A stretch of 64,000 nt of DNA from an uncultured Acidobacteriota bacterium (GTDB taxonomy: Bacteria > Acidobacteriota > Thermoanaerobaculia > UBA5066 > Gp7-AA6), in contig CAVXYF010000016.1 of assembly GCA_963765835.1 (NCBI GenBank), forward strand, positions 8,050 to 72,049, written 5' to 3'. Below the pieces are notes generated by a model that was given only the letters and a program-made list of their open reading frames with translations, did no database searches and had not been told where the DNA came from. The translations under genes and the position numbers were made by a program. This document shows positions 13,013 through 27,119 of the stretch, one piece after another (the first letter of the stretch is position 1; each line of letters opens with the position of its first letter).

Positions 13013-13363
13013 ATGCCGCACACTCAAAATCCCATCGTCGAATGGCCGACGGAGTTCCACCACCTTCTGGCAGGCTTCGAAGTGGCGACCGGCGGGGACG
13101 GAAAGCGCTTCGGCCGCGTCGACATCGACATCGATCCCGAGACGCTGTTCCTCCTCAACGATTTCGAGGCGCATGTGCGCCATCGCCAGGTCCGGCTGAG
13201 ACTGGCAGACAGTGCCGATTGTCTCGTGGGCGAGATGAACGTGCTGATCGGTCTGGGTGCCGCGGCCGATACGACCCGGCACGCCAGCCGGATCCGGATC
13301 AGCTTTCACGACCTTCTGGACGACGACTGCGTCGATCGCCACGCTCGCGTGTTGAGGCCTTAA
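13013..13363 (+). CDS. Hypothetical protein (116 aa)
   Basis: The ORF has strong GC3 bias, and the overlapping antisense ORF 12917..13390 looks less coding-like. No recognisable domain. Confidence 0.3.
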   Translation: MPHTQNPIVEWPTEFHHLLAGFEVATGGDGKRFGRVDIDIDPETLFLLNDFEAHVRHRQVRLRLADSADCLVGEMNVLIGLGAAADTTRHASRIRISFHDLLDDDCVDRHARVLRP

Positions 13364-13417
13364 GGACACAGGAACGTCGACGTGCCACACTGCATCGGAA
13401 AAAGCGGTGGGGCACCA

Positions 13418-13821
13418 TGAACCAGAGCATTGCTCATATCGCCATCGTCGTTCGCGACTACGACGACGCCATCGACTTTTACGTCAACAAGCTTCGATTC
13501 GAGCTGGTCGAGGACATCTACCAGCCGGAGCAGGACAAGCGCTGGGTGATCGTCAGGCCGCCGGGAAGCGCAGGCACCTCGCTGCTGCTGGCGCGTGCCT
13601 CCACGGCTCATCAGGAAACGTTCATCGGCAACCAGGCCGGCGGCCGGGTCTTCCTGTTTCTCCGGACCGACGACTTCCGGCGCGATCATGCCGCCATGAT
13701 CGAGGCAGGCATCACCTTCGTCCGCGAGCCGAAACAGGCTTCCTACGGCATCGTTGCGGTCTTCGAGGATCTGTACGGCAATCTATGGGATCTCGTTCAA
13801 TTCACGGACGGCCGCCCGTGA
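13418..13821 (+). CDS. VOC family protein (glyoxalase/bleomycin-resistance fold)
   Basis: MNQSIAHIAIVVRDYDDAIDFYVNKLRFELVEDIY...VFEDLYGNLWDLVQF. Confidence 0.7.
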
Positions 13822-13864
13822 CGATCCCGGGGTCGGATGATATCGGGGATCGATGGTTCCGACC

Positions 13865-14293
13865 TTAGGCACTGCGCCGTCGCTCGGCCGACTTGCTTGC
13901 CCGCTTGGCGCGTTCGGCCTTGGTCTTCTGCAAGGTGACCTGGGTTTCCTTGGCCATCTGCTCGCAGCGCTCGTGGAGAACTTCCAGCTCCTTGTCGGTC
14001 AGCTTCTCGATTCCCATGAACACGTCGTCTGCGCTCGATGACCGGATGAGTTCGTCGAGCTTGGTCTGCACGGCGGCGCCGTCGCGGTTCTGCGTGTTCT
14101 GGATCAGGAAGACCATCAGGAAGGTCACGATGGTCGTTCCGGTATTGATCACCAGCTGCCACGTCTCCGAGAAACCGAAGAAGGGGCCCGACACGGCCCA
14201 GACCAGCACGACGACGACGCAGGCCAGGAACACCGCCGGCGTTCCCGCCACATGGGCCGTGGCATTGGCGAACTTGGCGAAGAATTTGTCCAT
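13865..14293 (-). CDS. Low-affinity iron permease family membrane protein (PF04120-like)
   Basis: MDKFFAKFANATAHVAGTPAVFLACVVVVLVWAVSGPFFGFSETWQLVINTGTTIVTFLMVFLIQNTQNRD..., intact 142 aa. Confidence 0.65.
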   Translation of the reverse strand: MDKFFAKFANATAHVAGTPAVFLACVVVVLVWAVSGPFFGFSETWQLVINTGTTIVTFLMVFLIQNTQNRDGAAVQTKLDELIRSSSADDVFMGIEKLTDKELEVLHERCEQMAKETQVTLQKTKAERAKRASKSAERRRSA

Positions 14294-14366
14294 CGCGACT
14301 CCGCAGCGCTTGTGGAATCATAACGGTCGAGCTGGCTTTTCCGTTCAATTCGAGGTGCTGCGGCCT

Positions 14367-14989
14367 CTAGCGGCTCGCCGTGGTCAGCGCCGCGCCGATG
14401 CCGACGAAAGTCGCGCCGGCGGCGCGGTTGAACCATCGGCCGTGGCGGGTCAGCCAGGGCGCGATGCGCTCGGCCATGACGGCGAGGAGCAGCTCGTAGA
14501 GGACCTCCACGATCACGAAGGTGCCGCCGAAGATGGCAAGCTGAACCGTGAAGGAGACGCCCGGCACCATGAATTGCGGCAGGAAGGCCGCGAAGAAGAT
14601 CAGCGCCTTCGGGTTCGACACCGCCACCAGGAAGCCCTGGTTGAACATCCAGAGCGGCCGCGCCCTGCGCGGTCCCCCTCCTGTGCGGCAACCTCCAGGA
14701 CGGAGGCCGGCGCCCGCCAGATGCGGATGCCGAGATAGACGAGGTAGGCCGCACCGATCCACTTGGCGATGGTGAAGGCCTGCTCCGAGGCGGCGAGCAG
14801 GGCTCCCATGCCGGCGAGCGACGCCGCGATGAGGATGAAGAACCCGAGCGCCCCGCCGAGCACCGTGTAGATCGTCGGCCGGAAGCCGTAGCAGACCCCA
14901 TGCGTCAACGACAGCAACCCGTTGGGTCCGGGCGTGAGCGAGAGGCCGATGGCGGCCACGAGATAGATCAGCCAGAGTTCAAGGCCCAT
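14367..14989 (-). CDS. LysE/RhtB family amino-acid exporter; frameshift about 14650
   Basis: MGLELWLIYLVAAIGLSLTPGPNGLLSLTHG... and ...FNQGFLVAVSNPKALIFFAAFLPQF... lie in two overlapping frames. Confidence 0.7.
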
Positions 14990-15130
14990 GTGTCACCGCC
15001 GCCCGCTCCTGCGGATTCCTCATCGATAGGGAGAACCGTCGCTCCTCTTAACACGATGCGCGCGAAAACCCCGAGCAGGAAATCGCCTGCCCGACCGCCG
15101 CCGCGATCCGCAGCCGACAGGCAGCGACAC

Positions 15131-15164
15131 TCCCTCTCCCGGTCGGGAGAGGGTGGGGGAGAGG
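15131..15164. repeat. REP-like palindromic element (copy 3)
   Basis: tcCCTCTCCCGgtCGGGAGAGGgtgggggagagg. Same family as 4897..4940. Confidence 0.55.
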
Positions 15165-15476
15165 CCGGTGCCGGATGAGGCGTGACGCGCGCGGCAGGTC
15201 AGTGCGGAGGCCTGGGAGAGGGGATGTCATCTCCGCAGCCGGGAAGGGGTCCGACTCGCTATGGATTCCCGTTCCCTCCGATGGCTGCGCCATCTCCGGC
15301 CGGGAATGACACGACTTCCTCATCCCTCACGTCATCACCGGCCTCGTGCCGGTGATCCCGATTGTCTGAGGCGCCGCGCTTGTCCGCATCGGGATGGCCG
15401 GCACGAGGCCGGCCATGACGTGGGAGGGTGACGGAGGTGAGCGGAGAGCGCGGCAACGTTATGTTCTCACTTTGTT

Positions 15477-15505
15477 CTTGACAATAGTCCCAACCTCGGC
15501 TATAC
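15477..15505 (+). promoter_or_regulatory. Consensus-like sigma-70 promoter (TTGACA-N17-TATACC) inside a 1.1-kb non-coding region
   Basis: ttgacaatagtcccaacctcggctataccc. No convincing ORF lies downstream. Confidence 0.3.
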
Positions 15506-16080
15506 CCTTGCGCAAGATCTGCTCCTGACGAGGGGCGCGCTCGCGAGGCGTCGCAGTGTGGGAGCAGGCACGGTCCCGTGCAGGTGCCGATACGCAGGTG
15601 CGTGTGACGGGAGGCCCAGGCTGTGTGCCGCTGAATAGGGATTGGGTCCGAGGCCGCCGCTGACCTTGCGGTCACCGCCTCGGGCAGTCACCGAACCGGC
15701 ACCGCCTGTCCGCCTAAAAAAGCCGTGCGCGAAGCGGCCTCCCGGCTCTTCCATCACACGCATGCATCATCGAGCCGGGCCGCCGTTCGCGCCACCCTCG
15801 ATCGCACCACAGGCTCGGAGCCCAACGGCTCCGGGCCCACAGGTGCTGGCTGTTTGCCATCGCTCTTTGACATCGAAGATCGCCACTCCCCTCGCCGTCA
15901 TGGCCGGACTCGGTCCGGCCACCCACGTCTTGCGACCCTCTGCGCTGTCAAGACGTGGATCCCCGGGACAGGTGCGGCTTGAGAGAGCTGGACGAGAGGG
16001 CGCAGCCCACCTCGCCTTGCGGGAGAGGTCGCGCCGGATGCGGGCGAGGGGTTACACGCGCTCGGATCGACCTTACTCCC

Positions 16081-16716
16081 TCACCCTTGTGCGCGAGACT
16101 CTGGAGAGGGGGGTGTCGGCGCTGAGGCCGCTGGATGACACGCCAGCATCCCGCCTCCTTGCGACCCTCCCCCCGGGCAAGCCGAGAAGGAATGGCGCCA
16201 GATGCGCACCCGATCCCGGATCGTCGCTCGCGCACCGTCCGCGGTGACAGCCCGCTCACCCCTTCGGCAGCATGATCCTTCACGAGGCCGCTCGCCTTGG
16301 CGAAATCCATGCGGCCGGCGTATTTGGCGCGCAGCGACGCCGACGACCTTGCCCATGTCCTTCATGGAGGCGGCGCCGGTCTCGGCGATGGCGGCCTCGA
16401 TGGCGGCCTTGGTCTCGGCCTCGTCCATCTGCTGCGGCAGGTAGGAGGTGATCACCGCGACCTCGTCCTTCTCCTGCTGGGCAAGCTCGGTGCGCCCGCC
16501 CTGCTCGTACATCGCGATCGATTCCTGGCGCTGCTTCACCATCTTCTGCAGCAGGGCCAGGATCTCCTCGTCGGAGAGCGGCTCCTTGCCGTCGCCGCGC
16601 GCCTCGATGTCCTTGTCCTTCAGGGCGGCCTGGATCAGGCGGATGGCGCCGAGGCGGCCCTTCTCGCCGGCCTTCATGGCCTCCTTCATCTCGGCGGTGA
16701 AACGTTCGCGCAGCAT
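16081..16716 (-). CDS. GatB/YqeY domain protein; 3' end uncertain (frameshift about 16300)
   Basis: MLRERFTAEMKEAMKAGEKGRLGAIRLIQAALKDKDIEARGDGKEPLSDEEILALLQKMVKQRQESIAMYEQGGRTELAQQEKDEVAVITSYLPQQM...MKDMGKV. A likely true C-terminus ...LRAKYAGRMDFAKASGLVKDH... lies in another frame. Confidence 0.65.
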   Translation of the reverse strand: MLRERFTAEMKEAMKAGEKGRLGAIRLIQAALKDKDIEARGDGKEPLSDEEILALLQKMVKQRQESIAMYEQGGRTELAQQEKDEVAVITSYLPQQMDEAETKAAIEAAIAETGAASMKDMGKVVGVAARQIRRPHGFRQGERPREGSCCRRGERAVTADGARATIRDRVRIWRHSFSACPGGGSQGGGMLACHPAASAPTPPSPESRAQG

Positions 16717-16750
16717 GGGGTTCTCCTTGGTTTTTCAGGTCGCTCGAGCG

Positions 16751-16779
16751 TTGACGGGACGCGCATCGGCCCCTTAAGT
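16751..16779 (+). promoter_or_regulatory. Putative sigma-70 promoter for carA (TTGACG-N17-TTAAGT)
   Basis: ttgacgggacgcgcatcggccccttaagt lies about 80 bp upstream of the carA ATG. Confidence 0.3.
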
Positions 16780-16855
16780 CACGGGGATAGTTCACGGGCG
16801 GCTCGGTTCTGGCCTGCTCAAGCACGGCCTCTTGGCCCCGGACTTACAAGAGATC

Positions 16856-18177
16856 ATGACGATGCTGCAAGACAAAGACACCGCCGGGTCCCTCTCGGGT
16901 GGCTGGACCGAGCCGCGCGCGACGGCCGTTCTCGTGCTCCAGGACGGCACGGTGCTCGAAGGCTTCGGCATCGGCGCCGTCGGCGAGGCGACCGGCGAGG
17001 TCTGCTTCAACACCGCGATGACGGGCTACCAGGAGATCCTGACCGACCCGTCCTATGCCGGCCAGATCATCACCTTCACCTTCCCGCATATCGGCAATGT
17101 GGGCACCAACGAGGAGGACATCGAGAGCGTCAACGCCGCCTCGTCCTCCGGGGTGCGCGGCGTCGTGCTGGCGGCCTCGATCACCGAGCCCGTCCAACTG
17201 GCGCGCCTCCCGCGATCTCGATGCCTGGCTGAAAGCCCGCAGCATCGTCGGCCTCACCGGCATCGACACCCGGGCGCTGACCGCGCTCATCCGCGACAAG
17301 GGCATGCCGAACGCGGTCATCGCCCACAACCCCGAGGGCGACTTCGACCTCGAGGCCCTGAAGGCCAAGGCCGCCGCCCTGCCCTCCATGGACGGCCTGG
17401 ACCTCGTGCCGCTGGTCACCAGCGCCCAGCGCTTCGACTGGGACGAGACCACCTGGACGCGGGGCGAAGGCTACGGCCATCAGGACGGCGCGACCAAGCA
17501 TCACGTGGTCGCCATCGATTACGGCGTGAAGCGCAACATCCTGCGGCTTCTGGCCCGCGCCGGCTGCAAGGTCACGGTGGTGCCCGCCACCGCCACGGCC
17601 GAGGACGTGCTGGCGCTCAAGCCCGACGGCGTGTTCCTGTCGAACGGCCCCGGCGATCCGGCCGCGACCGGCGAATATGCGGTGCCGGTGATCCGCAAGG
17701 TGCTCGACGAGAAGATCCCGACCTTCGGCATCTGCCTCGGCCACCAGATGCTGAGCCTCGCCGTCGGCGCCAAGACCAAGAAGATGCACCAGGGCCACCA
17801 TGGGGCGAACCATCCGGTGAAGGACAGGACCACCGGCAAGGTCGAGATCACCTCCATGAACCACGGCTTCGCGGTGGATCCCGCAGACCCTGCCGACGAA
17901 CGCGGTCGAGACCCACGTCTCCCTGTTCGACGGCTCGAATTGCGGCATCTCGCTCACCGACCGCCCGGCCTTCTCGGTGCAGTACCACCCGGAGGCCTCG
18001 CCCGGCCCGCAGGACAGCCATTACCTCTTCGACCGCTTCGTGCAGCTGATGGACGAGAAGAAGGCCGAAGCGCCTGACAAGACTGGGCCTGACGGACCTC
18101 AGCCTGACGAAAATGTGTTGGGAGAGCCGGCGCCGCGACAAACGGGTCGATTGCGCCGGCCGCCCAAATCACGGTAA
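16856..18177 (+). CDS. carA: Carbamoyl-phosphate synthase small (glutamine amidotransferase) subunit; two frameshifts (about 17190, about 17885)
   Basis: [20 protein letters not shown]...[20 protein letters not shown]... with the GATase motif [17 protein letters not shown] and the C-terminus ...[27 protein letters not shown].... Confidence 0.9.
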
Positions 18178-18201
18178 CCGATCATTAACCATAAAAAGCA
18201 A

Positions 18202-18609
18202 ATGATTCCGGTCCTTGGTTTGGGGGTTTCTCCAATGGATTTCGATGACGATTCCGGCGAATTCAGCCGCCTGCACAACCTGTTCACGTTTCATCTCGGC
18301 ATCGCGGTCACGCTCTCCTGGCTGACCTCGCTCTATGCCGCCCTCTACGCTCCCTGGGTGCGCAACATCCGTCCCCTGATCGACCCCGACCATGTGGGCA
18401 CGGTCGAGAGCACCTGGTCCTATCTCTTCATCTTCCCGGTGGTGCTCACGGCGGCCTGGCTGATCTCGGTCTTCGGCCAGAACCTGTTCGCCCGGTTCCG
18501 GATCATGAAGAGCCAGGCGGCCGAGTTCGCCATCGCCGCCCTCGTCGCCTTCGCGATGTTCTACCTGTCCATCGACCGCGCCGTCGCGGCGATGCTGATC
18601 GGCATGTAG
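18202..18609 (+). CDS. Hypothetical membrane protein (135 aa)
   Basis: Intact ORF with 3-4 hydrophobic helices between carA and the cupin gene. Confidence 0.5.
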   Translation: MIPVLGLGVSPMDFDDDSGEFSRLHNLFTFHLGIAVTLSWLTSLYAALYAPWVRNIRPLIDPDHVGTVESTWSYLFIFPVVLTAAWLISVFGQNLFARFRIMKSQAAEFAIAALVAFAMFYLSIDRAVAAMLIGM

Positions 18610-18688
18610 GACGGGAGGGGCTTCGCAAGGCCCCGCTCGATCTTTCGCCTGCGCCGGACGTTTTCTCCCGACCTCACGGGAGAGTTTC

Positions 18689-19236
18689 ATGGCTCAGGCA
18701 AAAGGATATGGCGACCCGCATGGCTACAATGCCCCGCTCGGGACGGAGACTTACGTCTTCCGCAGCAACGGCATCGTGCCGAACTCGTCCCTGCCGCTGA
18801 TCGTGCGCCGCGGGGCGGTCTCGCCCTCCGAACATGACCGGTCAGGACCTTCAAGGCGACCTTCGCCAGGAACGGCTGGACGAATGCCTGGCTCGACGGC
18901 ATCCACGACTTCCACCACTACCATCCCAACGCCCATGAGGTGCTCGGCATCGTCTCCGGCTCGGCCCAGGTGCGCTTCGGCGGCGAGGATGGCGATCTCG
19001 TCGGCGTGACCGCCGGCGACGTGGTCGTGATCCCGGCCGGCGTCGCCCATGCCTGCATCGAAGCGAGCGACGACTTCGCGGTGGTCGGCGCCTATCCGAA
19101 CGGCGCCGACTACGACACGATCCGCGACGATCCCGGCGCGCTCGCGGCCTCGCAGCAGCGCATCGCGCAGGTCCCCTGCCCGACGCCGATCCGGTGGACG
19201 GCGCCGACGGTCCGCTCGTCAAGCTCTGGACCTGAG
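18689..19236 (+). CDS. Cupin domain protein; frameshifts about 18840 and about 19195
   Basis: MAQAKGYGDPHGYNAPLGTETYVFRSNGIVPNSSLPLIVRRGAVSP... then ...FHHYHPNAHEVLGIVSGSAQVRFGGEDGDLVGVTAGDVVVIPAGVAHA... in a shifted frame. Confidence 0.6.
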
Positions 19237-19335
19237 AGCGCGAAGACCGTCCAACCGTCGAAAGCCGGTGTTGCGAAACGGTGCCTGACGCTCCATGACT
19301 CATGGCCAGGGACTTAAGCGGGGCACTTCTTCCAA

Positions 19336-20052
19336 TGAACTGGCGCGATTACTGGAACCAGGACACGCCGATCTATACGAGCGAGCGGCACAAGCTTCTG
19401 CATTATCGCCTGATCGCGAACGACATCGTCGGGCCTCATCCCCTCGCCCGAGGCGATCGTGCTCGATTATGGCTGCGGCGAAGCGCTGTTCGCCGATACG
19501 ATCGCGACCAAATGCGCCCGTCTCTATCTCAGCGATGCCGCGCCGCTGGTGCGTGAGCGCCTGAACGACAGGTTCAGGGGCAACGGGCGGATCACCGTTC
19601 TCTCGACGGACGATGTGGCCCACCTGCCCGAGGCTTCGCTCGACCTCATCGTCGTGAACTCGCTCGTCCAGTATCTCTCCCTCGACGAGTTCCGCGCCCT
19701 GCTGAAGCTCGTGCGCGGCAAGCTGAAAGCCGACGGCCGGCTGGTGCTGGGCGACATCATCCCGCCCGACATCAGCCCCGTCACCGACGCGAAGGCGCTG
19801 CTGTCCTTCGCCTGGCAGGGCGGCTTCCTGCGATCGGCCGTCACCGGCCTCGCCCGCACCGCCTTCTCGGAATACCGCAAGATCCGCGAGGAGATCGGCC
19901 TGGCTCAATACAGCGAGGAGGAGATCGTCGACATTCTGAAGGATGCCGGCTTCGAGCCCGAGCGTGCCGCGCGCAATCTCGGCCACAATCAGGCCCGCAT
20001 GACCTTCGTGGCGCGGCCCGCTCAGGCCCGCGACAGCGAGGACCTCGTCTAG
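19336..20052 (+). CDS. Class I SAM-dependent methyltransferase; frameshift about 19435
   Basis: MNWRDYWNQDTPIYTSERHKLLHYRLIANDIVG... then ...IVLDYGCGEALFADTIATKCARLYLSDAA... (GxGxG-like motif I) and ...LVLGDIIPPD.... Confidence 0.7.
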
Positions 20053-21343
20053 CGCATCGTGCGGAAGAGTGGTTCCGGTTTTCCGCCTTCAACGATGCGC
20101 CAGCCGAGCAGATTGCCGCCACGGAGCGCTGATCGCTTACGAGCGACAGGCCGAACACCACGAGGCCGGCAACGGCCAGAACCGCGCCGACCCATCCGGT
20201 CGAGGCAAAGCCGTAGCCTGCCGCGATCGCAAGGCCGCCGAGCCAGGCGCCGAGCGCATTGGCGATGTTGAAGGCCGAGTGGTTGAGGGCCGCGGCAAGG
20301 GTCTGCGCGTCGGCCGCCACGTCCATGAGCCGGGTCTGGAGCGCCGGCCCGATGGCGACGCTGCAGCCGACGAGGAAGACGCAGGCCGAGAGCATGAACG
20401 GGTTCTCGGCGGTGAGCCAGAGCACCGTCATCACCACGACGCTGCCGGCCAGCGTCCCGCCGATGGTCGCCATCAGGTTCCTGTCGGCGAACCAGGCGCC
20501 GACGAGGTTGCCGACGATCATGCCGGAGCCGAACAGCGCCATCATCATCGGAACGGCGCTTTCCGGCATCCCGGCGACCTCCGTCGCGGTCGAGGCGATG
20601 TAGGAGAAGACGGAGAACAGGCCGCCGAAGCCGACCGCGCCGATGCCGAGCGTGAACCAGACCTGCTTGCGCCTGAAGGCCCCGAGCTCGCGCATCGGGC
20701 TTGCGCCCTCCTGCACCTTGTCCTTCGGCAGGAAGAGCCAGATCAGGACGACCGTCAGCGCTCCCATGAAGCCGACGGCGCCGAAGGCGATGCGCCAGCT
20801 CAGGGCCTGCCCGAACCAGGTCGCCACCGGCGTGCCGATGAGGGTCGCGACGGTCAGGCCCATCATGACGCGGGCGACCGCCTGGGTGCGCTTGTTGGGC
20901 GGGACCAGGGAGGCGGCCACGAGCGCGGCGACGCCGAAATAGGCCCCGTGCGGCAGGCCGGTGAGGAAGCGCAGGAGCACGAAGGATTCGAAGGTCGGCG
21001 CAACGGCGCTGACCACATTGCCGACGGCGAAGACCGCCATCAGCAAGAGGAGAAGCGTCTGGCGCGCGAGCTTCGCCGCCAGCACCGCGATGATCGGAGC
21101 GCCGACCACGACGCCGAGCGCATAGGCGCTGATGGCGTGTCCGGCCTGGGGCGTCGTGACGTTGAATTCCTGGGCGAGGTTCGGCAGCAGGCCCATGATC
21201 GCGAACTCGCCCGTGCCGATGCCGAAGCTGCCGACCGCGAGCGCCAGCTCGATCAGGGCGACGGCGAGGTCGCGATGCGCGAACGGCGGGGCCCTGTCCT
21301 TCGCGGCCAGACAGACTTCCTCGGCAATGGTCATGTCGGACAT
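20050..21343 (-). CDS. MFS transporter; C-terminal region possibly frameshifted
   Basis: MSDMTIAEEV...GTGEFAIMGLLPNLAQEF...12-TM-like profile. Its stop overlaps the convergent methyltransferase stop. Confidence 0.7.
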
Positions 21344-21499
21344 GAAGGCCCCAGGCTTCTCATGGGAAATATCGGAACAAGGCAACCGAGAGCTTTATAT
21401 TGCACCGCAAAAAGATTCGGGGGACCCGCCGGAATGCAGCCCTGCCCTGCACTGAGACGTCTGAAACTTCGCCGGTGCCCGTCAAAAGGCAGGCGAGGC

Positions 21500-21895
21500 C
21501 TAGGCAAATGTCCAAATCTTGTGCGCCATGAAGCTCCAGAGCATCACGACGCCCGTGGTGACGATCTGCGCCGGCAGGTAGGGCGCGTCGAGCCACACCG
21601 TGAAGGCATGCATCAGGAACCAGGTCACCAGGAAGCCGACGAAGGCGACGAGGGCGAAGCGCCAGGTGGCCTCCCGGTGCGGCCGGTCGCTGGCATAGGT
21701 GTGCCTGCGGTTGAGGACATAGGAGACGGCACCGCCGGCCACATAGCCGGCAAGCGTCGCCGGAACCGGGTGCGCGCCGGCTCCCTCCACGAGCGCGATG
21801 AGAAGCCCGTAATGGACCACGGCCGCGGCAAGGCCGACGCCGAAGAAGGCGGAGAACTGCCGGGCGAGGCCGTGAAGAGGACGAGAGACGGTCAC
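21500..21895 (-). CDS. GtrA family membrane protein
   Basis: 131 aa: MTVSRPLHGLARQFSAFFGVGLAAAVVHYGLLIALVEG...FMAHKIWTF. Confidence 0.7.
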   Translation of the reverse strand: MTVSRPLHGLARQFSAFFGVGLAAAVVHYGLLIALVEGAGAHPVPATLAGYVAGGAVSYVLNRRHTYASDRPHREATWRFALVAFVGFLVTWFLMHAFTVWLDAPYLPAQIVTTGVVMLWSFMAHKIWTFA

Positions 21896-21931
21896 GGCGC
21901 TTCGATAGCCGCTTCAGGCCGGCCCGTCACC

Positions 21932-22720
21932 TCATTCCCTGGAGGAGCCCCGCGATCCTGCGGGAGACGGAGCGTGGCGCGAACTTCGAGCCGAGGGCTC
22001 CGGCCCGGTTCCTGGCTCCCGGGATGACGATGGCCCGGCCCGCCTCGTAGCCCTCGACTCCGGCGCGGGCGACTTCCGCCGAGCGACATGACGCCCGCCT
22101 CGAAGAGCCGCGAATCCTTCAGGCCCGCCGTGTCCGAGAACTCGCTCTCGGTCGGTCCGGGACAGAGCGCCGTCACGGTGACCCCATGCGGCTTGGCCTC
22201 GTCGTGCAGAGCCTCGGACAGGGACAGCACGAAGGCCTTGGTCGCGTAATAGACCGCCATGTAGGGCCCGGCCTGGAAGGCCGCGAGGGAGGCGACGTTG
22301 AGGATGCCGCCCTGCCGGCGCTCGATCATGCCGGGCAGCATGAGGCGGCAGAGGGAGGTCAGCGCCGTCACGTTGAGGTCGATCATGGCGAGCTGCTTCT
22401 CGTGCGGAAGGCCTTCGAAGTACCCCCGCAGCCCGAACCCGGCATTGTTGACGAGGGTGTGGACCGCGATGCCCCGCTCCCGGAGCATGTCGTGAAGGTC
22501 CAGGGGCGCCTCCGCGGTCCCCGAGGTCGAGGGCGATGGGCTCGACCGGGACGCCATGGGCCTGCGCGAATCTCTGTCGCCGAGAGCCTCGAGCCGTCTC
22601 GTGCCGCCGGGCGGTCAGGGCGAGCGCATATCCCCGGGCGGCGAAAGCGCGGGCCAGCTCCGCGCCGATGCCGCTCGATGCCCCCGTGATCACCGCCCAG
22701 CGCGGTTCTTCGATCATGGC
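21932..22720 (-). CDS. SDR family oxidoreductase; two frameshifts
   Basis: MAMIEEPRWAVITGASSGIGAELARAFAARGYALALTARR..., then ...LVNNAGFGLRGYFEGLPHEKQLAMIDLNVTALTSLCRLMLPGMIERRQGGILNVASLAAFQAGPYMAVYYATKAFVLSLSEALHDE... (catalytic YxxxK) in another frame. Confidence 0.75.
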   Translation of the reverse strand, partial: AMIEEPRWAVITGASSGIGAELARAFAARGYALALTARRHETARGSRRQRFAQAHGVPVEPIALDLGDRGGAPGPSRHAPGAGHRGPHPRQQCRVRAAGVLRRPSAREAARHDRPQRDGADLPLPPHAARHDRAPAGRHPQRRLPRGLPGRALHGGLLRDQGLRAVPVRGSARRGQAAWGHRDGALSRTDRERVLGHGGPEGFAALRGGRHVARRKSPAPESRATRRAGPSSSREPGTGPEPSARSSRHAPSPAGSRGSSRE

Positions 22721-22923
22721 CATGTTTTCCCAGCTCCGTTCCTGCCTCGCCCTTAGCGGATCTGACCGCATGGGCATTGCCTGTCTAAATCATGGCTCAG
22801 GCCTTTGAATTTGCTCAAGGTCCGTGTAAGAGCCTCTCTCAACCTACAATCCGATCACATCCCAGCTGCGCTCGAAGCGCCGTAGCTTTACGGCCGCGCG
22901 GCTGGACACGCCTGGGTGGCCCA

Positions 22924-26398
<3,475 letters not shown>

Positions 26399-26504
26399 GG
26401 CATCCGGCCTCACATTGGAACTGCGAAGCTTCTGGTAAGTTTTCGTTGACATGCGAGGGCGCTGGCGACAGCGGCCTCGTACCTCTTTTTGGACGAGACA
26501 AACG

Positions 26505-26984
26505 ATGGACAAGGTCCCTCTGACGATCAAGGGTTATGCGGCGCTCGAGGAGGAGCTCAAGCACCGGCAGCAGGTTGAACGCCCCCGGATCATCCAGGCG
26601 ATCGCGGAAGCCCGCGCGCTTGGCGACCTGTCGGAAAACGCCGAATACCATGCCGCCAAGGAAGCCCAGTCCCTCAACGAGGGCCGGGTTCTCGAGCTCG
26701 AAAGCCTGATTTCCCGCGCCGAGGTCATCGATATCGCGAAGCTCTCCGGCGACCGGATCAAGTTCGGCGCGACGGTGAAGCTCGTCGACGAGGACACCGA
26801 GGAAGAGAAGACCTACCAGATCGTGGGCGAGCCCGAAGCCGACGTGCGCTCGGGCCGGGTCTCCGTCGCCTCCCCCATCGCCCGCGCCCTCATGGGCAAG
26901 ACCATCGGCGACACGGTGGAGGTCTCCACCCCCGGCGGCGGCAAGTCCTACGAGGTCGTGGGCGTCCGGTTCGGCGCCGCCTGA
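26505..26984 (+). CDS. greA: Transcription elongation factor GreA
   Basis: Intact 159 aa: [69 protein letters not shown].... Confidence 0.9.
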   Translation: MDKVPLTIKGYAALEEELKHRQQVERPRIIQAIAEARALGDLSENAEYHAAKEAQSLNEGRVLELESLISRAEVIDIAKLSGDRIKFGATVKLVDEDTEEEKTYQIVGEPEADVRSGRVSVASPIARALMGKTIGDTVEVSTPGGGKSYEVVGVRFGAA

Positions 26985-27119
26985 TCGGCGAAAGAGGAGC
27001 GGGCCTGGAGCAGGGCCCGTTCCTCACGAAGCGGCCAATCAAGGCAGAATCAGCGCATTCGTTTGTTATTTTATATAATTCCATTTAACTAGGCTGTCGC
27101 TTTCCCTAAGGGGCCGATC

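Noticed and set aside
12917-13390. Minus-strand 157-aa ORF
   Set aside because: It overlaps a plus-strand ORF (13013..13363) with better GC3 bias. Neither has a recognisable domain, so only the plus ORF is kept, at low confidence.
20069-22027. 652-aa plus-strand ORF
   Set aside because: It lies antisense to the MFS, GtrA and SDR genes, and its composition (R/G/E/D runs) is that of an antisense read-through in high-GC DNA.
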